In this document: positions 28,508 through 39,158 of the stretch, one piece after another
Layout: every line of letters starts with the position of its first letter
Numbering within the stretch: the first letter of the stretch is position 1
IMG/VR virus record: IMGVR_UViG_3300002220_000740
Location: 28,246 to 92,245 of that record
Length of the DNA stretch: 64,000 nucleotides
Source of the DNA: a virus
Lineage: Duplodnaviria > Caudoviricetes
Strand: one strand, 5' to 3'
The notes under the pieces: model-generated
Databases searched by the model: none
What the model was told of the DNA's origin: nothing
What the model saw: the letters and a program-made list of their open reading frames with translations, nothing else
Made by a program: the position numbers and the translations under genes

Positions 28508-30487
28508 CTATTCTGCAGAGTCCATCTGCATCTGCGACAATATACGTGCAAACCCTGCTGCACTGGAGAACTGGATCGGCTGACCTTCCTTACCCATCAA
28601 TGGAGTATAGGTAGCATTGCCGCCTTCATTACCAAGCTTGAATAGCCCGTAGATCCCATCAGACAGTTTCTTATAGACAACAGCACTGTTGCTCGGATCT
28701 TCCGGGTTCGTAAAGAGACCAGGCACCTTGCCTTCGCTTCTCTCCCTGAATTTTGTTGCCTGTACAATTGGCATTGAGAAAGCAGCATCCAGGTACTTAT
28801 AGCCCATCTCCATAATGGCAGGTCTGCCGGTGGATACCATTTCCATACCAGCGTCCACGAGTTGTTCGCGATATACATCTTGATTCTTGGGAGCCAGAGA
28901 AATCTGTTTAACGGGTTTACCATTTTCGTCAAACGTGTGAAGAATAACTGTATACTTGCCGTCAGACATCTTATCTGATAATGTAACCGTATCATGTTCC
29001 GGATCACGAGCTTTCATTGCCTTTGAATTAAGCTCTACATCCAACTGCACTCCATCATCCACTGCCTCATAATTGGAGATTGTGGTCTGAAAGTCTGTAG
29101 TAAGATGCTTATTCAAAAGTCCGACCCTTGTATCTTCCTTCTCAGTACCCTCTGATCCGGTAACAAAAGAGCTTTCAGCTGCCATTTCAACATCACCAGA
29201 TTTAATTGCTTTTACAACAGCTTGTACACCATCCATAATATATTGATTTTCACTCCTGAATGTGGCAATTTCTCCTCGTCTTATCTGATCAAACGCTTGT
29301 CCAAACCTTGTTTTACCGGTAGGATCTTCCATAAATGAAGCCTGTACCATTCGATCAAAGTCATCCATGCTTATAGGATCTTTCTTTCCTACAGGAGACT
29401 CCAGGTACTTCTGATAGATATTGCCAAGCTTAGCCTTCAGCTCAGGCGATTTAGCCATCTCGTAAAGATCCCTTATATTGTTTTCCTCAGCCTGGCGCTC
29501 ATACTGAGCATCAGCATCGTCGGGATTTTGTTTAGCCTTAATACGTGCAGCCTCCAGCCTCTCTTGTGACTCTTTAAGTTTAACTGTAGGAACCACGGTG
29601 CCTGTAGTAGTACCCACGTTCCATGTTCTTCCAGCATCTCCTCCTTTTCTGCTACCACTATCCGTGTCTTTATCCGGCTTAATGTAATTGGTGAACGCAG
29701 TCTCCTGAACAGCCAGTTCGATGGCAGGATTAATAACATCCCTTTCGAAATTCTGTTCTTCTTCCTTCATTCTGAAGTCCATCTCATCCTGGGTCAGTTC
29801 TCCCTTACGGACCATAGCTGCATAGCGGTTACGGGCAATGTTCATCTTGCTATCGCGGTATGCTATCAGCTGAGGACTGTTCTTCAAAGCTTCAGGCAAT
29901 GCATCTCTGACCTCTTTTTCGGTGATACCCAGGTTGGATGCTTTCCATGGCTTGACATAGTCCAGGGCAAGCGCAGCAACGTCAACGGTGCTGGCATAAC
30001 TGCCCGGTTTATAGCTGGTCTTTATAGGAACAAGATCCTTATCGTATTTCACACCGGTATACCTGCGATCAATATCTTCCATTGCAGCTACCTTATCCTG
30101 CTCGGTCATATCATTGCGTCGGCGTATCTGCTCCTTTTCGGCTTCAAGCTTTGCCTTCTCCTCGACAGCAGGTCTTACACGCATGGCATACTCAGAAGCA
30201 TACTTGTTGATTTTTTTTGTCATGTTATGATAGTCCCCGGACTTAGCCATCGCTTCCAGTTCTCCACGCATGGTTTCGTTGAATGAATCAATGGCTTCCC
30301 TGTCCTGATCTGCAACACTCAGTGCTATCGTTGACATAGAGCTCTGAAGATCATCAGCAGCTGCCTTATTGACGTCCCACCGATCCTGAAAAGTATCTCC
30401 GGTCTTTTTCATCTCATCCAACGGCAATGCCGTCCGAAGAGAGACATACGGTGAGTCTTGTATATTAGCAAATGGATTTACAGCCAT
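28508..30487 (-). CDS. virion cargo (ejection) protein
   Basis: 659 aa helical protein directly upstream of the vRNAP gene; N-terminal PYVS..LPLD. Confidence 0.6.
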   Translation of the reverse strand: MAVNPFANIQDSPYVSLRTALPLDEMKKTGDTFQDRWDVNKAAADDLQSSMSTIALSVADQDREAIDSFNETMRGELEAMAKSGDYHNMTKKINKYASEYAMRVRPAVEEKAKLEAEKEQIRRRNDMTEQDKVAAMEDIDRRYTGVKYDKDLVPIKTSYKPGSYASTVDVAALALDYVKPWKASNLGITEKEVRDALPEALKNSPQLIAYRDSKMNIARNRYAAMVRKGELTQDEMDFRMKEEEQNFERDVINPAIELAVQETAFTNYIKPDKDTDSGSRKGGDAGRTWNVGTTTGTVVPTVKLKESQERLEAARIKAKQNPDDADAQYERQAEENNIRDLYEMAKSPELKAKLGNIYQKYLESPVGKKDPISMDDFDRMVQASFMEDPTGKTRFGQAFDQIRRGEIATFRSENQYIMDGVQAVVKAIKSGDVEMAAESSFVTGSEGTEKEDTRVGLLNKHLTTDFQTTISNYEAVDDGVQLDVELNSKAMKARDPEHDTVTLSDKMSDGKYTVILHTFDENGKPVKQISLAPKNQDVYREQLVDAGMEMVSTGRPAIMEMGYKYLDAAFSMPIVQATKFRERSEGKVPGLFTNPEDPSNSAVVYKKLSDGIYGLFKLGNEGGNATYTPLMGKEGQPIQFSSAAGFARILSQMQMDSAE

Positions 30488-30490
30488 GAT

Positions 30491-31486
30491 TTATCTTTTT
30501 ATAGAAAGCAGTTTCTCAATATCTTTTAATACTGTAGGATCATACTTGGCAGCTTCCAAAGCCCACTTCATCATATCCTCACGGGAATCAACCTGATCCC
30601 GCATTACCATCGAGGTGTCGCCCAGCAGATCACTCATTGCATTTTGCCTGGCACCGATCCTGTTATTATTAAACCCGGTAAGTTCGTCGGCATACTGGTT
30701 GAACTGCATGATGTTACGCGCACGAGTGCTGTGATTCATATAGTTCTCCTGGTTGCCCATCTGGGTAGCATAATTCTGCTCCTTGCTATGAACACGACTC
30801 ATATTATTGAGATAGTCCACACCAGCCTTCTGCTTGAGTGCAGTACTGGTCTGCATACCCGGGATCCTGTCTGCAATTCTTTCGTTGCTGATTCGATTGC
30901 GAGAAATGTCGTTGCGCTCTGCGCCGGTATCAAGTGTTTTGTTAAGAGCTATCTGGGGAGCGTCAATTGGTTTGGGGGGTGCCTGCATCTTGCGGATAGC
31001 ACTCATCTTGGAAAAATAATCAATGCCGTTAAGCACGGTATTGCCAGCAGCTGCCATCTTGTTACCCTTTGCCCAATCGGCAAATCCTGCAACGCCCGGA
31101 GATTCCGTAGAGCTTGGTGTGAACCCGCTCAGATCTGTCGGACCCAGGCTGAGAGGAGTATTGTGCTGACTATCCTTGAGCAGATTACCGCTAAACCCTA
31201 TCTCATTGGCATTGTTCATATTAGAATCCTTCAGAAGATCTCCTGAAAATCCATTGACCCCATACTTCTTAAAGTCAATACCCCCACCATGCTGGGGCAG
31301 TCCTTCAGCCCCGGGTTCGGGTGTCTTCTGTCCTTCCTGAGCATCGAATAGCAGATTCTCTGCATTGACCGCACGGGCGTGCATCATCATAGCCGCAGTA
31401 CGATCCGCCATATTGGAGGAGTTCATCAGTTTTTCGTACTTGGCTTTGCGCCTGGCTATCTTAAGCTGAGTTTCAGCGAATGTCAT
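30491..31486 (-). CDS. putative virion cargo protein
   Basis: Low-complexity N/Q/M-rich helical protein in the cargo cluster; QHGGG motif. Confidence 0.55.
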   Translation of the reverse strand: MTFAETQLKIARRKAKYEKLMNSSNMADRTAAMMMHARAVNAENLLFDAQEGQKTPEPGAEGLPQHGGGIDFKKYGVNGFSGDLLKDSNMNNANEIGFSGNLLKDSQHNTPLSLGPTDLSGFTPSSTESPGVAGFADWAKGNKMAAAGNTVLNGIDYFSKMSAIRKMQAPPKPIDAPQIALNKTLDTGAERNDISRNRISNERIADRIPGMQTSTALKQKAGVDYLNNMSRVHSKEQNYATQMGNQENYMNHSTRARNIMQFNQYADELTGFNNNRIGARQNAMSDLLGDTSMVMRDQVDSREDMMKWALEAAKYDPTVLKDIEKLLSIKR

Positions 31487-31488
31487 GA

Positions 31489-32778
31489 TTACAATTTTTT
31501 AAGCATTTTTGAGAAATCCTTCGGAACCTTCAGACGGGGATCGTCAGAGAATATCCTGCCGCCACCTGTCATACCGACTCCCTGTGAGGCATCGCTGTGC
31601 TTGGCACCTTTGATCAGGCTGGTAGAGGCGTTAATGCGATTGAGCTTGCCTGAGCTATCGGTAGCGGGTTCTTCACCTGGATTGAACTGGATGGTTTCTC
31701 CGCCCTCTGCAAGGTACTCTGCTGCCTGCCCTGGTATCTTCTTACCGGTAGGAGGGAGGTTGCCTCCAAGCGCCTTTACGGTGTAGTCCTTGGTAAGCTT
31801 GTCCGTGAACCTGAATGCGTTCTCCTTGTCTTCGGGGTTATACTCGGCAGAGATCTCCCCTTCGGAATATCTTGAACCCTGCTTATTGTCATATACATAG
31901 GAGCGGGCAGCTGCGGGCACATTCCATGAGTTGCGAAGACCCCAGGCAGTATCCTCTGCTGAAACATCCCCTTCTCTTGCACCGGCAACATCACCGACCC
32001 CGGCGACCTTGTCCTCATTGGCAAAGTACTTACGTAGCTCATTGGTACGCTTGTAATATTCCGGCTGCATCTTCTCCATCTCCTCAAGGGTCAGCTTCTC
32101 AGCGTATTCACCCTTGTTGTAAATAGAATCCGCAGCAGCGGTCAGATGATCAATGCGCTTAGATGCCGGCTTAGCGGCAATAGCTTTCTTATAGGCTTCA
32201 GGGTTTTTGCTTTCGAGAGCTTTATCCCAGTAGTTCTTATAGTAGTTGAGTTCGGCAAGGTTGCGCAAGCGCTCGTTCTTCTGGCTTTCCTTTGTCCAGA
32301 CGCTGTGGTAGCCCTTGGTGTCTATTTCACCACCACCTTCAAGCATTTTCACCACTCCACCTTTACCAGCCCGGGGACGGTCAATGCCTGCGGTATTGAA
32401 GTTGCGCATGATCTGCCATGAAGCATCATTGTTGGCAGCAGTCACACCCTCAATGCGCTTGGCTTCCGCCTCGGCGGCTGCCTTCTCGGCTGCACGCTCC
32501 TGGGCTTTCTGGGTGAACAGGCTGGTCACACCGCCTATGACCGCACCTGCGGCAGCACCCCATGGTCCGAATGCCATACCGGAGCCGGCTCCCTTGAGAG
32601 CTCCACTGAGTGCACCTAACCCCGCATTATCATTTACATTGAGTGCATCAACAGCTCCACCGGCGATACCGGCACCCATTCCTACACCACCCTGGTTCTT
32701 ATCGAGCCACTCTCCAAACCCCTTCTTAGGCAGGTTCAAAGGATGATTTGCGTTGTTGAATTTGCGTTTAGGAGTCAT
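31489..32778 (-). CDS. putative virion cargo protein with a glycine-zipper transmembrane region
   Basis: GALSGALKGAGSGMAFGPWGAAAGAVIGG; AEGGET..GAKH..GGRIFSD C-terminal motif; repeated xxGG motifs. Confidence 0.6.
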   Translation of the reverse strand: MTPKRKFNNANHPLNLPKKGFGEWLDKNQGGVGMGAGIAGGAVDALNVNDNAGLGALSGALKGAGSGMAFGPWGAAAGAVIGGVTSLFTQKAQERAAEKAAAEAEAKRIEGVTAANNDASWQIMRNFNTAGIDRPRAGKGGVVKMLEGGGEIDTKGYHSVWTKESQKNERLRNLAELNYYKNYWDKALESKNPEAYKKAIAAKPASKRIDHLTAAADSIYNKGEYAEKLTLEEMEKMQPEYYKRTNELRKYFANEDKVAGVGDVAGAREGDVSAEDTAWGLRNSWNVPAAARSYVYDNKQGSRYSEGEISAEYNPEDKENAFRFTDKLTKDYTVKALGGNLPPTGKKIPGQAAEYLAEGGETIQFNPGEEPATDSSGKLNRINASTSLIKGAKHSDASQGVGMTGGGRIFSDDPRLKVPKDFSKMLKKL

Positions 32779-32831
32779 AGTATATAAGAATTTGATATGA
32801 GGACTGTGCAGTGCTATATAAACTCTTTATA

Positions 32832-35800
32832 CTATCTAACTACTGGACGTCCTGATGTTTCCAGATCATATAAATATACTATCCCGGGGTTGGTATTTGT
32901 GTGTTCGAGACGAATGATGCAGTAGGTGTCTATAAACCTTTTGCGCAGGTTCCAGGACTTGCCGGTGTCAATGTTTACCGGGTTACCGCTGATATCAACC
33001 AGAAGTTCATGATCTCTCTGGACAGGATTGTTGACCGGAGGAGCAGACCCCACGGTAGATGTCATGTCACGAAAGTCGTTAAAATGCCAGCGACCGCCGG
33101 TAAAGCGAGAATTCCTCCCAGTACCGGCAGAGTCAATTGATCTCCATCCGCTGCACTGGTGGGTGTTATAGATCAGCATGCGATCCCATGTGCGGTAGAA
33201 ATCAGGACTGCCATTGGCATCAAGCACCGCACTTGTCCAGCTGATAGAGGATGTGATGGAATGCTGTCCAGCCTTATCGGGGAACGTTGCATCAATCCAT
33301 GAGGGTTTGACTGCAATGCCCATGTAATTACCGTTCTGGTAATCCTCGTTGAACCGGTAGAAGTTTGCAGCCACCGAGTTGATAGGAGTTATTGCTCCGT
33401 AGAAATGGCGCTTGCTTGAGCACATGAACGTCGGCAGGTAGCTATGGAAGCTTGCCCACTTCTGGGTGACCATGTCGTAGCTCAGTGTAAAAGAGTTGTC
33501 CTCAAGGTAACCGGCAGTAACCAGTGACGCCAGGGTTACTCTTGAAGATCCACTCTTTGTACATATTGCTCCGCCGCGCATCTTATAGCTTATGTCCAGC
33601 AGAGAGCCGGTACCCGGACTTACCACACGGAAGTCACGCTTGGTCACTATCAGCCGGAGATAACGGTCGTCAAAGGTGACGATGTAGCCCACTCCAAACG
33701 GAGAGAATGCATTATCGTTATAGAGTTCCCCCTGGTCGTCCCATGTATTGAGGTACGTACGCAGGTCCTTCAAAAGCTGGAACTGCAGGTTCTCCTCGAA
33801 GAAGTTTCTCAGTCCCACGTTGGAGACTTCGTCCATACTCTCGCGCAGGATGAACATCTTGGCTGCCCGCTCGTCGATGAAAAAGTATCCTGCCTTGGAA
33901 ACATTTGCTGCAAAGGGATGACGGCAGCCGGCGTATCCGCCCGGGATCGTTATGATCTCCGTGGGTTCTATGCCAAAAATGTTGCCTGATCCGATAACAA
34001 CGGCTTCCTGGTCGGACTGCAGCTGCACCTTTCCGGTGGTCTTGTACAGTGAGTCCTCCATGTGAATAAGCAGCATACCGTTGTAACCTTCCAGGTTCGT
34101 AATGGGACCCCGGTTCTTGGGCATCTCGTAATAATCCAGTGGCAGGAACTTGCGCAGTGACCCACCGGTGTCCTCTGCCTGTATGGGCTGTGAAGAGATT
34201 ATCCGATTAGGGAAGCTGCTGATGTTGTTATCCCCATAGACGTAAGGATACACCATGTTTAGCTCATTGGACTTGGAGTAATCGTCATAAACTTTAATAT
34301 AATTGTCCACCTTAAATTCAGCATCAGGCAGCAGATCCGAAGGAGCAGTACCATAATCAATACCGGTCAGACTCGGATATGTTCCCAGCGCATCCATGGA
34401 AAGAAACTTCTCTCCGTACTCAGTTCCTTCGACTCTCAGTCCAAGATTAGAATGACTCCAGTATGGCATCACATAATGCTTACGCTGTTTGGAAGTACCA
34501 CCGGATGCGTAAATATTGGTGTAATGCGAGAACCTGCTGGTGTAAATATCCCCGCCGTAAATGCCATCGGAGTACCCCACGGTTGCCCACAGGCAGTTCA
34601 CACCGTTTACCAGAGCGGGATCCATAGACGCCGAGTCGCGGGTAAAGAACTGCTTGCCTGTATTTATCAGCTGCTGGTAGAAAAGTCCCGTGTAAACGTT
34701 TGTCCTGAATGCATTAATGGTGATTGGAACCATCATGTACTCACTGGGGTTGACCCCCTGGAAATTATATATCCATGAATTAGCCTGATCACAAGTAACC
34801 TTCAGACCGGATTCCTGATATTTATCGGGTGTAAACGGAACATACTCATGTTGGTTTACTGACATAATATTTTTCTGCAAGTCAGCTCCTCTTAAGAAGT
34901 TCAGAGAGGCATCAGGAAGACCAATGGGGTATGAATAATAGGGGCTCTGTATGGTAATCTCTTCTTCAAGCCGGATATAATCAGCGGCTATAGCCGGGTA
35001 CTCTTCATTCTTTTGCAGATCCGGGCAGAAAAGTCTGGCTACTATAGAATACCCATATGGGTCTAATGGAAATGTGGTAGAAGGCGGAGAAGTTAAATAT
35101 GCGCCCTCCAGCATCAGATAAGTCATTGCGCTAACAAGGGAGTTGTTATAGGTACGCTTGACGTAGAATATCTCAAACCCCTGGACAAGACCTGCAATGC
35201 TTGCAGGGACAGGAACGTTATGAAGCTTCAGACCAAGCGTAAGAGCCGTAGATCCACCCCCGGCAAGCATAGGTATTGAGTGTCCCCCACCGTACGAAGT
35301 TGAGATCTTTGCAAAAGTGGGAAACCGGTGATGTCTGATATTGGCATTAGCAAGAACAGCGCCTGTATAACTGTTCGGGAAGTTCGCCGGGTACTTTTCT
35401 TCATTCTCCCAGTAACTCATCTCACCTGAGACAGTAGAGCCATCACGGGTGTGAAAATATTTGGCATTCGGATTAACAATCAAATCCATTTCAAGATCAG
35501 CGACCGAATATCCGTAAGTACCATTATCCAGAACATCTATGCGAATGTCCTCTGAGAAAGCGGATCCACCATTGGTCAGATTGGTCTTCAACCTTCCGGG
35601 TATATGAAATGCCTGGGAGTAAGACCCGTCGTTAAGCAGCCACGCGATGTACAGAGAGTAAACCTCGCCCGGCATGAATCCCTTGTCGTAAACACACACG
35701 CTTCCATCCTTGAAGGACTCAGTTACAGGAGTGTCGATTGGGGTATACTTTGAGGTCCAGCGAACCTTGATGTCATTTGCGTAGGGCTGGTAATCAGGAA

Positions 35801-36725
35801 AGTCTGTGATAGCGACCCCGCCCATGAAGAGCTTGCGATTCTCGTAAGTGAGTGTTTCTGCCTTAGTGTAATTTGCCCTGTTGATGGTAACGTCTTCCAG
35901 GAGTATGTCGACGGTGTTATTCAAATCGGAAATCACAACCTCGGTTGAACCCTGAAGATAATAAGCTGATGTTTCCCTGGCAGCGTACACACCATTGATA
36001 TAGGAAACAACCGCAACACGAAACTTCGTGTAGCGCAGGTCCATGTCAGAAAGCGTGAGCTTGACGCCCATGTTGGTCGTCTCCCCCGGGGTACCGCCAC
36101 CACGCCAGTTATTGTCTCCAAGCTCAGGTGTGAATATGGGGATAGGGTTGCTTATACAGAGGTAATCTGTCAGGAACCCGTCTGCCATTTCATAGGCTAT
36201 GGCAAAGTAGTATGAGCCGGCTGGAAGATTACCCGAACCCTCTGCAACAGTGACAGCCATTTCAGGAACAACTGCGGTAGGAAACAGATCCATCATAGAC
36301 TCGTCGGTGAACGGAGTATCAATGTTGTAGATGCTCGGTTTGTAAATACCATCAGTCCACACGATGATACGGTCGTTGCGGTAGTTGCGGTAGGCTATGA
36401 TCTTGATGGGATGATCCAGGGAAAGCTCCCTGGTAAGAGAATGATACTTCTGGGTGTAGACCCCGGTGGTTTCATTGAAGACCCCGATGTCCATGCCGGC
36501 AGTGCTGTCGCTTTTTGCAAAGAGTACAGCTATGTTACTGGCGTCAATCAGGACGCTGGCAACGGGAACCATGTTCGCGGGTCCTGTAAATTCAAAAGCG
36601 GTACCGCCTTCGACCGCTACAGCTCCCTTAAGCCGGTTAAGCACGATATTCAACGCACGACGGTAAGTCCCCTGCGGTTGATCCGCCGGTGCACAGTCCA
36701 GAAACATTCCTCCTATAGGCTTCAT
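32832..36725 (-). CDS. tail stabilization/muzzle protein (crAss Tstab-like)
   Basis: GMFLD..YRRALN N-terminus, IVWTDG..KP, KGFMPGEVY, YWENEEKYP, TLSYD...WASFHSY; position after the ring proteins. Confidence 0.8.
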   Translation of the reverse strand: MKPIGGMFLDCAPADQPQGTYRRALNIVLNRLKGAVAVEGGTAFEFTGPANMVPVASVLIDASNIAVLFAKSDSTAGMDIGVFNETTGVYTQKYHSLTRELSLDHPIKIIAYRNYRNDRIIVWTDGIYKPSIYNIDTPFTDESMMDLFPTAVVPEMAVTVAEGSGNLPAGSYYFAIAYEMADGFLTDYLCISNPIPIFTPELGDNNWRGGGTPGETTNMGVKLTLSDMDLRYTKFRVAVVSYINGVYAARETSAYYLQGSTEVVISDLNNTVDILLEDVTINRANYTKAETLTYENRKLFMGGVAITDFPDYQPYANDIKVRWTSKYTPIDTPVTESFKDGSVCVYDKGFMPGEVYSLYIAWLLNDGSYSQAFHIPGRLKTNLTNGGSAFSEDIRIDVLDNGTYGYSVADLEMDLIVNPNAKYFHTRDGSTVSGEMSYWENEEKYPANFPNSYTGAVLANANIRHHRFPTFAKISTSYGGGHSIPMLAGGGSTALTLGLKLHNVPVPASIAGLVQGFEIFYVKRTYNNSLVSAMTYLMLEGAYLTSPPSTTFPLDPYGYSIVARLFCPDLQKNEEYPAIAADYIRLEEEITIQSPYYSYPIGLPDASLNFLRGADLQKNIMSVNQHEYVPFTPDKYQESGLKVTCDQANSWIYNFQGVNPSEYMMVPITINAFRTNVYTGLFYQQLINTGKQFFTRDSASMDPALVNGVNCLWATVGYSDGIYGGDIYTSRFSHYTNIYASGGTSKQRKHYVMPYWSHSNLGLRVEGTEYGEKFLSMDALGTYPSLTGIDYGTAPSDLLPDAEFKVDNYIKVYDDYSKSNELNMVYPYVYGDNNISSFPNRIISSQPIQAEDTGGSLRKFLPLDYYEMPKNRGPITNLEGYNGMLLIHMEDSLYKTTGKVQLQSDQEAVVIGSGNIFGIEPTEIITIPGGYAGCRHPFAANVSKAGYFFIDERAAKMFILRESMDEVSNVGLRNFFEENLQFQLLKDLRTYLNTWDDQGELYNDNAFSPFGVGYIVTFDDRYLRLIVTKRDFRVVSPGTGSLLDISYKMRGGAICTKSGSSRVTLASLVTAGYLEDNSFTLSYDMVTQKWASFHSYLPTFMCSSKRHFYGAITPINSVAANFYRFNEDYQNGNYMGIAVKPSWIDATFPDKAGQHSITSSISWTSAVLDANGSPDFYRTWDRMLIYNTHQCSGWRSIDSAGTGRNSRFTGGRWHFNDFRDMTSTVGSAPPVNNPVQRDHELLVDISGNPVNIDTGKSWNLRKRFIDTYCIIRLEHTNTNPGIVYLYDLETSGRPVVR

Positions 36726-37465
36726 ACCACGGGATCTATATCGTAATCAAGTTCACTGAACGCATCTGTATCCCAGTCCAGGTTGGGCACCAGTCCGACC
36801 CACATCTCGCGGAAGCGTTCCGCCTTGTCGGGTGATGGGAACATGCAATCGTTGCCCGCCTGTACGCAGGCTTTCTCCCACATCCGCTGGGCATCGGCGA
36901 AGGTGAAGGTGCCTATCAGATTACCACCCTGAGCCATCATCATCGCCACATACCAGCTACAGGCTTTCTTCACGTAGATGTTGTCGGGGATCAGGGGCAG
37001 TCCGCTTGTATCAAGCGGGTAGCGGTAGTACTGCACCAAGATCTCTCCAGTGGCAAAGGATGTCTGGATGTAGTTGGGGTTGACCAGGTAGTAGTCCCCG
37101 GCATACTGATCGGGGTTGATGGTCACCACATGATTGGGGTCAAGCGCATCGGTCTGGGATACCAGCCCGGGTATAACCTCAATGGCAAAGACACTCTGGT
37201 CACTGTAGAAGTTACCGCCGTAGGGCAGGGGCTCGTTGTTATAGTTCACCCCGCGCAGGGTGTAGAAGTTTGCAGGCAGGATCGCACGGTGATTCTTCAC
37301 CGGTATCATCTCTGAGTGTTTTTCAAAGCCCGAAGCGCACCCAATGTAATCAAGTGCTTCACCGATCCACTCTATGGCATCAGCTTCCCAGCCGGAGTAC
37401 CCGGGTTTGAAGTCCCGGTGGATCTTTGCCAGGACGGCTCTGGAGGAAATGTTTCTGTATACCAT
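36722..37465 (-). CDS. tail tubular/ring protein
   Basis: IEWIGEALDYIG, YIQTSFATG, GLPLIPDN; crAss tail-gene position. Confidence 0.75.
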   Translation of the reverse strand: MVYRNISSRAVLAKIHRDFKPGYSGWEADAIEWIGEALDYIGCASGFEKHSEMIPVKNHRAILPANFYTLRGVNYNNEPLPYGGNFYSDQSVFAIEVIPGLVSQTDALDPNHVVTINPDQYAGDYYLVNPNYIQTSFATGEILVQYYRYPLDTSGLPLIPDNIYVKKACSWYVAMMMAQGGNLIGTFTFADAQRMWEKACVQAGNDCMFPSPDKAERFREMWVGLVPNLDWDTDAFSELDYDIDPVV

Positions 37466-37905
37466 TATTCTTTAAAGTTTAAGTGTGCGAATTCATCTGA
37501 TTTAAGCAGGCGGACCAAACTCTTTCTGTTACCATTGTCCCCGCCGGTCGGACGAAAGCTGTACACACTCTTGTTGGGTATTGTACAAGTGCGTTTCTCC
37601 CAGTACCAGCGATACCAGTAGTCGTCGGTGAAATAGACGAGCTTCATGATACCGCGCTTCTTGAGATTGTTACTCTCAAGCCAGTCCACTGTTTTGCTGT
37701 TAAAGTTCCTTTTGACTTTTTTGATCCGGATCTTACCGAGCCGGTTGTGCAGGTTAAGCACTCTTCCCTGAAGGATGTACGCCGCTGCCTTCTTATTGAA
37801 CAGCGAGAGGATGTATTTAAACTGGGTGTACGTTACGTACGTGCCCGGGTTGTTCTTCTGATAGTACTTGAATATATCAATTGCTGTGTGATTAAGCTTG
37901 TCCAT
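37465..37905 (-). CDS. IHF/HU-like protein (crAss tail-cluster type)
   Basis: ILQGRVLNLHNRLGKIRIKK, YWYRWYW, YSFRPT. Confidence 0.7.
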   Translation of the reverse strand: MDKLNHTAIDIFKYYQKNNPGTYVTYTQFKYILSLFNKKAAAYILQGRVLNLHNRLGKIRIKKVKRNFNSKTVDWLESNNLKKRGIMKLVYFTDDYWYRWYWEKRTCTIPNKSVYSFRPTGGDNGNRKSLVRLLKSDEFAHLNFKE

Positions 37906-38536
37906 CTATAGTTACTTCGTTCGATTTCTGGTCTTGCAGGAATTTCAACTCCCCATTGATCAGACCCTGGGTGATGCCCTGGATCATGTCATCGGGTAAA
38001 GGAAAATCCATCTCCTCGGTATAGGCGAGACTGCCGTCGGAGCGCAGATAACGTTCGAGCCTTGTGGGATCGGCGAACACTGCTTCAACCAAAATCTTTG
38101 AAGGTTTCTTATTCACAACATATAAATGACCACGGCGCAGATACACTCTGGGTATCAGCTTGGTGAACTGGGCGTAGGGAACATACTGGGCTTCACGGGC
38201 TGGTATGATGCTGAATGGATCAATGCCGTCAATGGGACCGATGAACTCAAATGCATCACGCGTCTTAAGGCGCACCACCTGCGGAAGGGATTCCTTGGTG
38301 CGGGATATGTCAGAGCCCGCTTCAATGCCGGTAAGCTCAATGGTTTTGACAATAACCATATCGCATACAATCTGCTGTACGGCTGCCGAAGGGAGAGTTT
38401 TGTTCCTCTCCTGATCCCTGCGTATAAACAGCGACCGGTAATGAATGTAGTTGTAGCGGCACAACTCCACGAATTGTGGATCATTTTCCTTTTCAAGCAA
38501 CTGAGCGAGACTGTATGCGAGTTGGTTAAGTGTCAT
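37892..38536 (-). CDS. tail ring protein
   Basis: MTLNQLAY, YRSLFIRRD, EAVFADP, DFPLPDDM; ATG at 38536. Confidence 0.7.
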   Translation of the reverse strand: MTLNQLAYSLAQLLEKENDPQFVELCRYNYIHYRSLFIRRDQERNKTLPSAAVQQIVCDMVIVKTIELTGIEAGSDISRTKESLPQVVRLKTRDAFEFIGPIDGIDPFSIIPAREAQYVPYAQFTKLIPRVYLRRGHLYVVNKKPSKILVEAVFADPTRLERYLRSDGSLAYTEEMDFPLPDDMIQGITQGLINGELKFLQDQKSNEVTIDGQA

Positions 38537-38538
38537 TA

Positions 38539-39021
38539 TCAAACGGTTATAATATATTTGTTTAATATCTCCATGGCTTCTGCTTCCATATCCGGCGGCA
38601 GGTAAGCCTGCTTGAGCTTCATCGAGTTGAACTTGGTCTTGTTCGCAAGCTTGGCTTCAAACTCTGCCTGTTGTCCTTCCCACTCCTTGAGCTGAACTTC
38701 GTACTCCGCTTTAAGTGCGGTCTCCTTGGCATCTACTTCTTCTTTGCGGACTGCCCACATCTCGTCGGTTTCTCCTTCTACCCTGGCAAGGCTGGTTCTC
38801 AGTTCGCCACTCTTGGTGTAGTACTCCTTCACCTGTTCACTTGGTTCGGGACGGTCTTTTTCAAACTCCTCAAGGAGCTTGAACGTACGTTCCTTGTTAG
38901 TGAGAAGGAAGTTAAGGAACATTCCATGCGCTCTCAATTTCTTCTGTTTCAGATCATTGATCACATGATTGCAAACACCGTACACGTTGTACAGTTCTTC
39001 ATAAGTTGTTTCTGTTGTCAT
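38539..39021 (-). CDS. hypothetical coiled-coil protein
   Basis: 160-aa Glu/Lys-rich ORF preceded by a TAnnTTTG element. Confidence 0.7.
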   Translation of the reverse strand: MTTETTYEELYNVYGVCNHVINDLKQKKLRAHGMFLNFLLTNKERTFKLLEEFEKDRPEPSEQVKEYYTKSGELRTSLARVEGETDEMWAVRKEEVDAKETALKAEYEVQLKEWEGQQAEFEAKLANKTKFNSMKLKQAYLPPDMEAEAMEILNKYIITV

Positions 39022-39043
39022 ACTATTATTTACTGGTTATACA

Positions 39044-39051
39044 CAAACTTA
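39044..39051 (-). promoter_or_regulatory. Bacteroidota sigma-A -7 element TAAGTTTG
   Basis: Exact TAnnTTTG 22 nt upstream of the ATG at 39021. Confidence 0.5.
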
Positions 39052-39158
39052 CACCTATTTTATCCTTATTATATAGATGAAATTCAGCGAGTTAATAAGT
39101 ACTTTGGCACATCGGTGAGTGTGAATCAATTACACCCTGGCTCTGCCGGACGTATATA

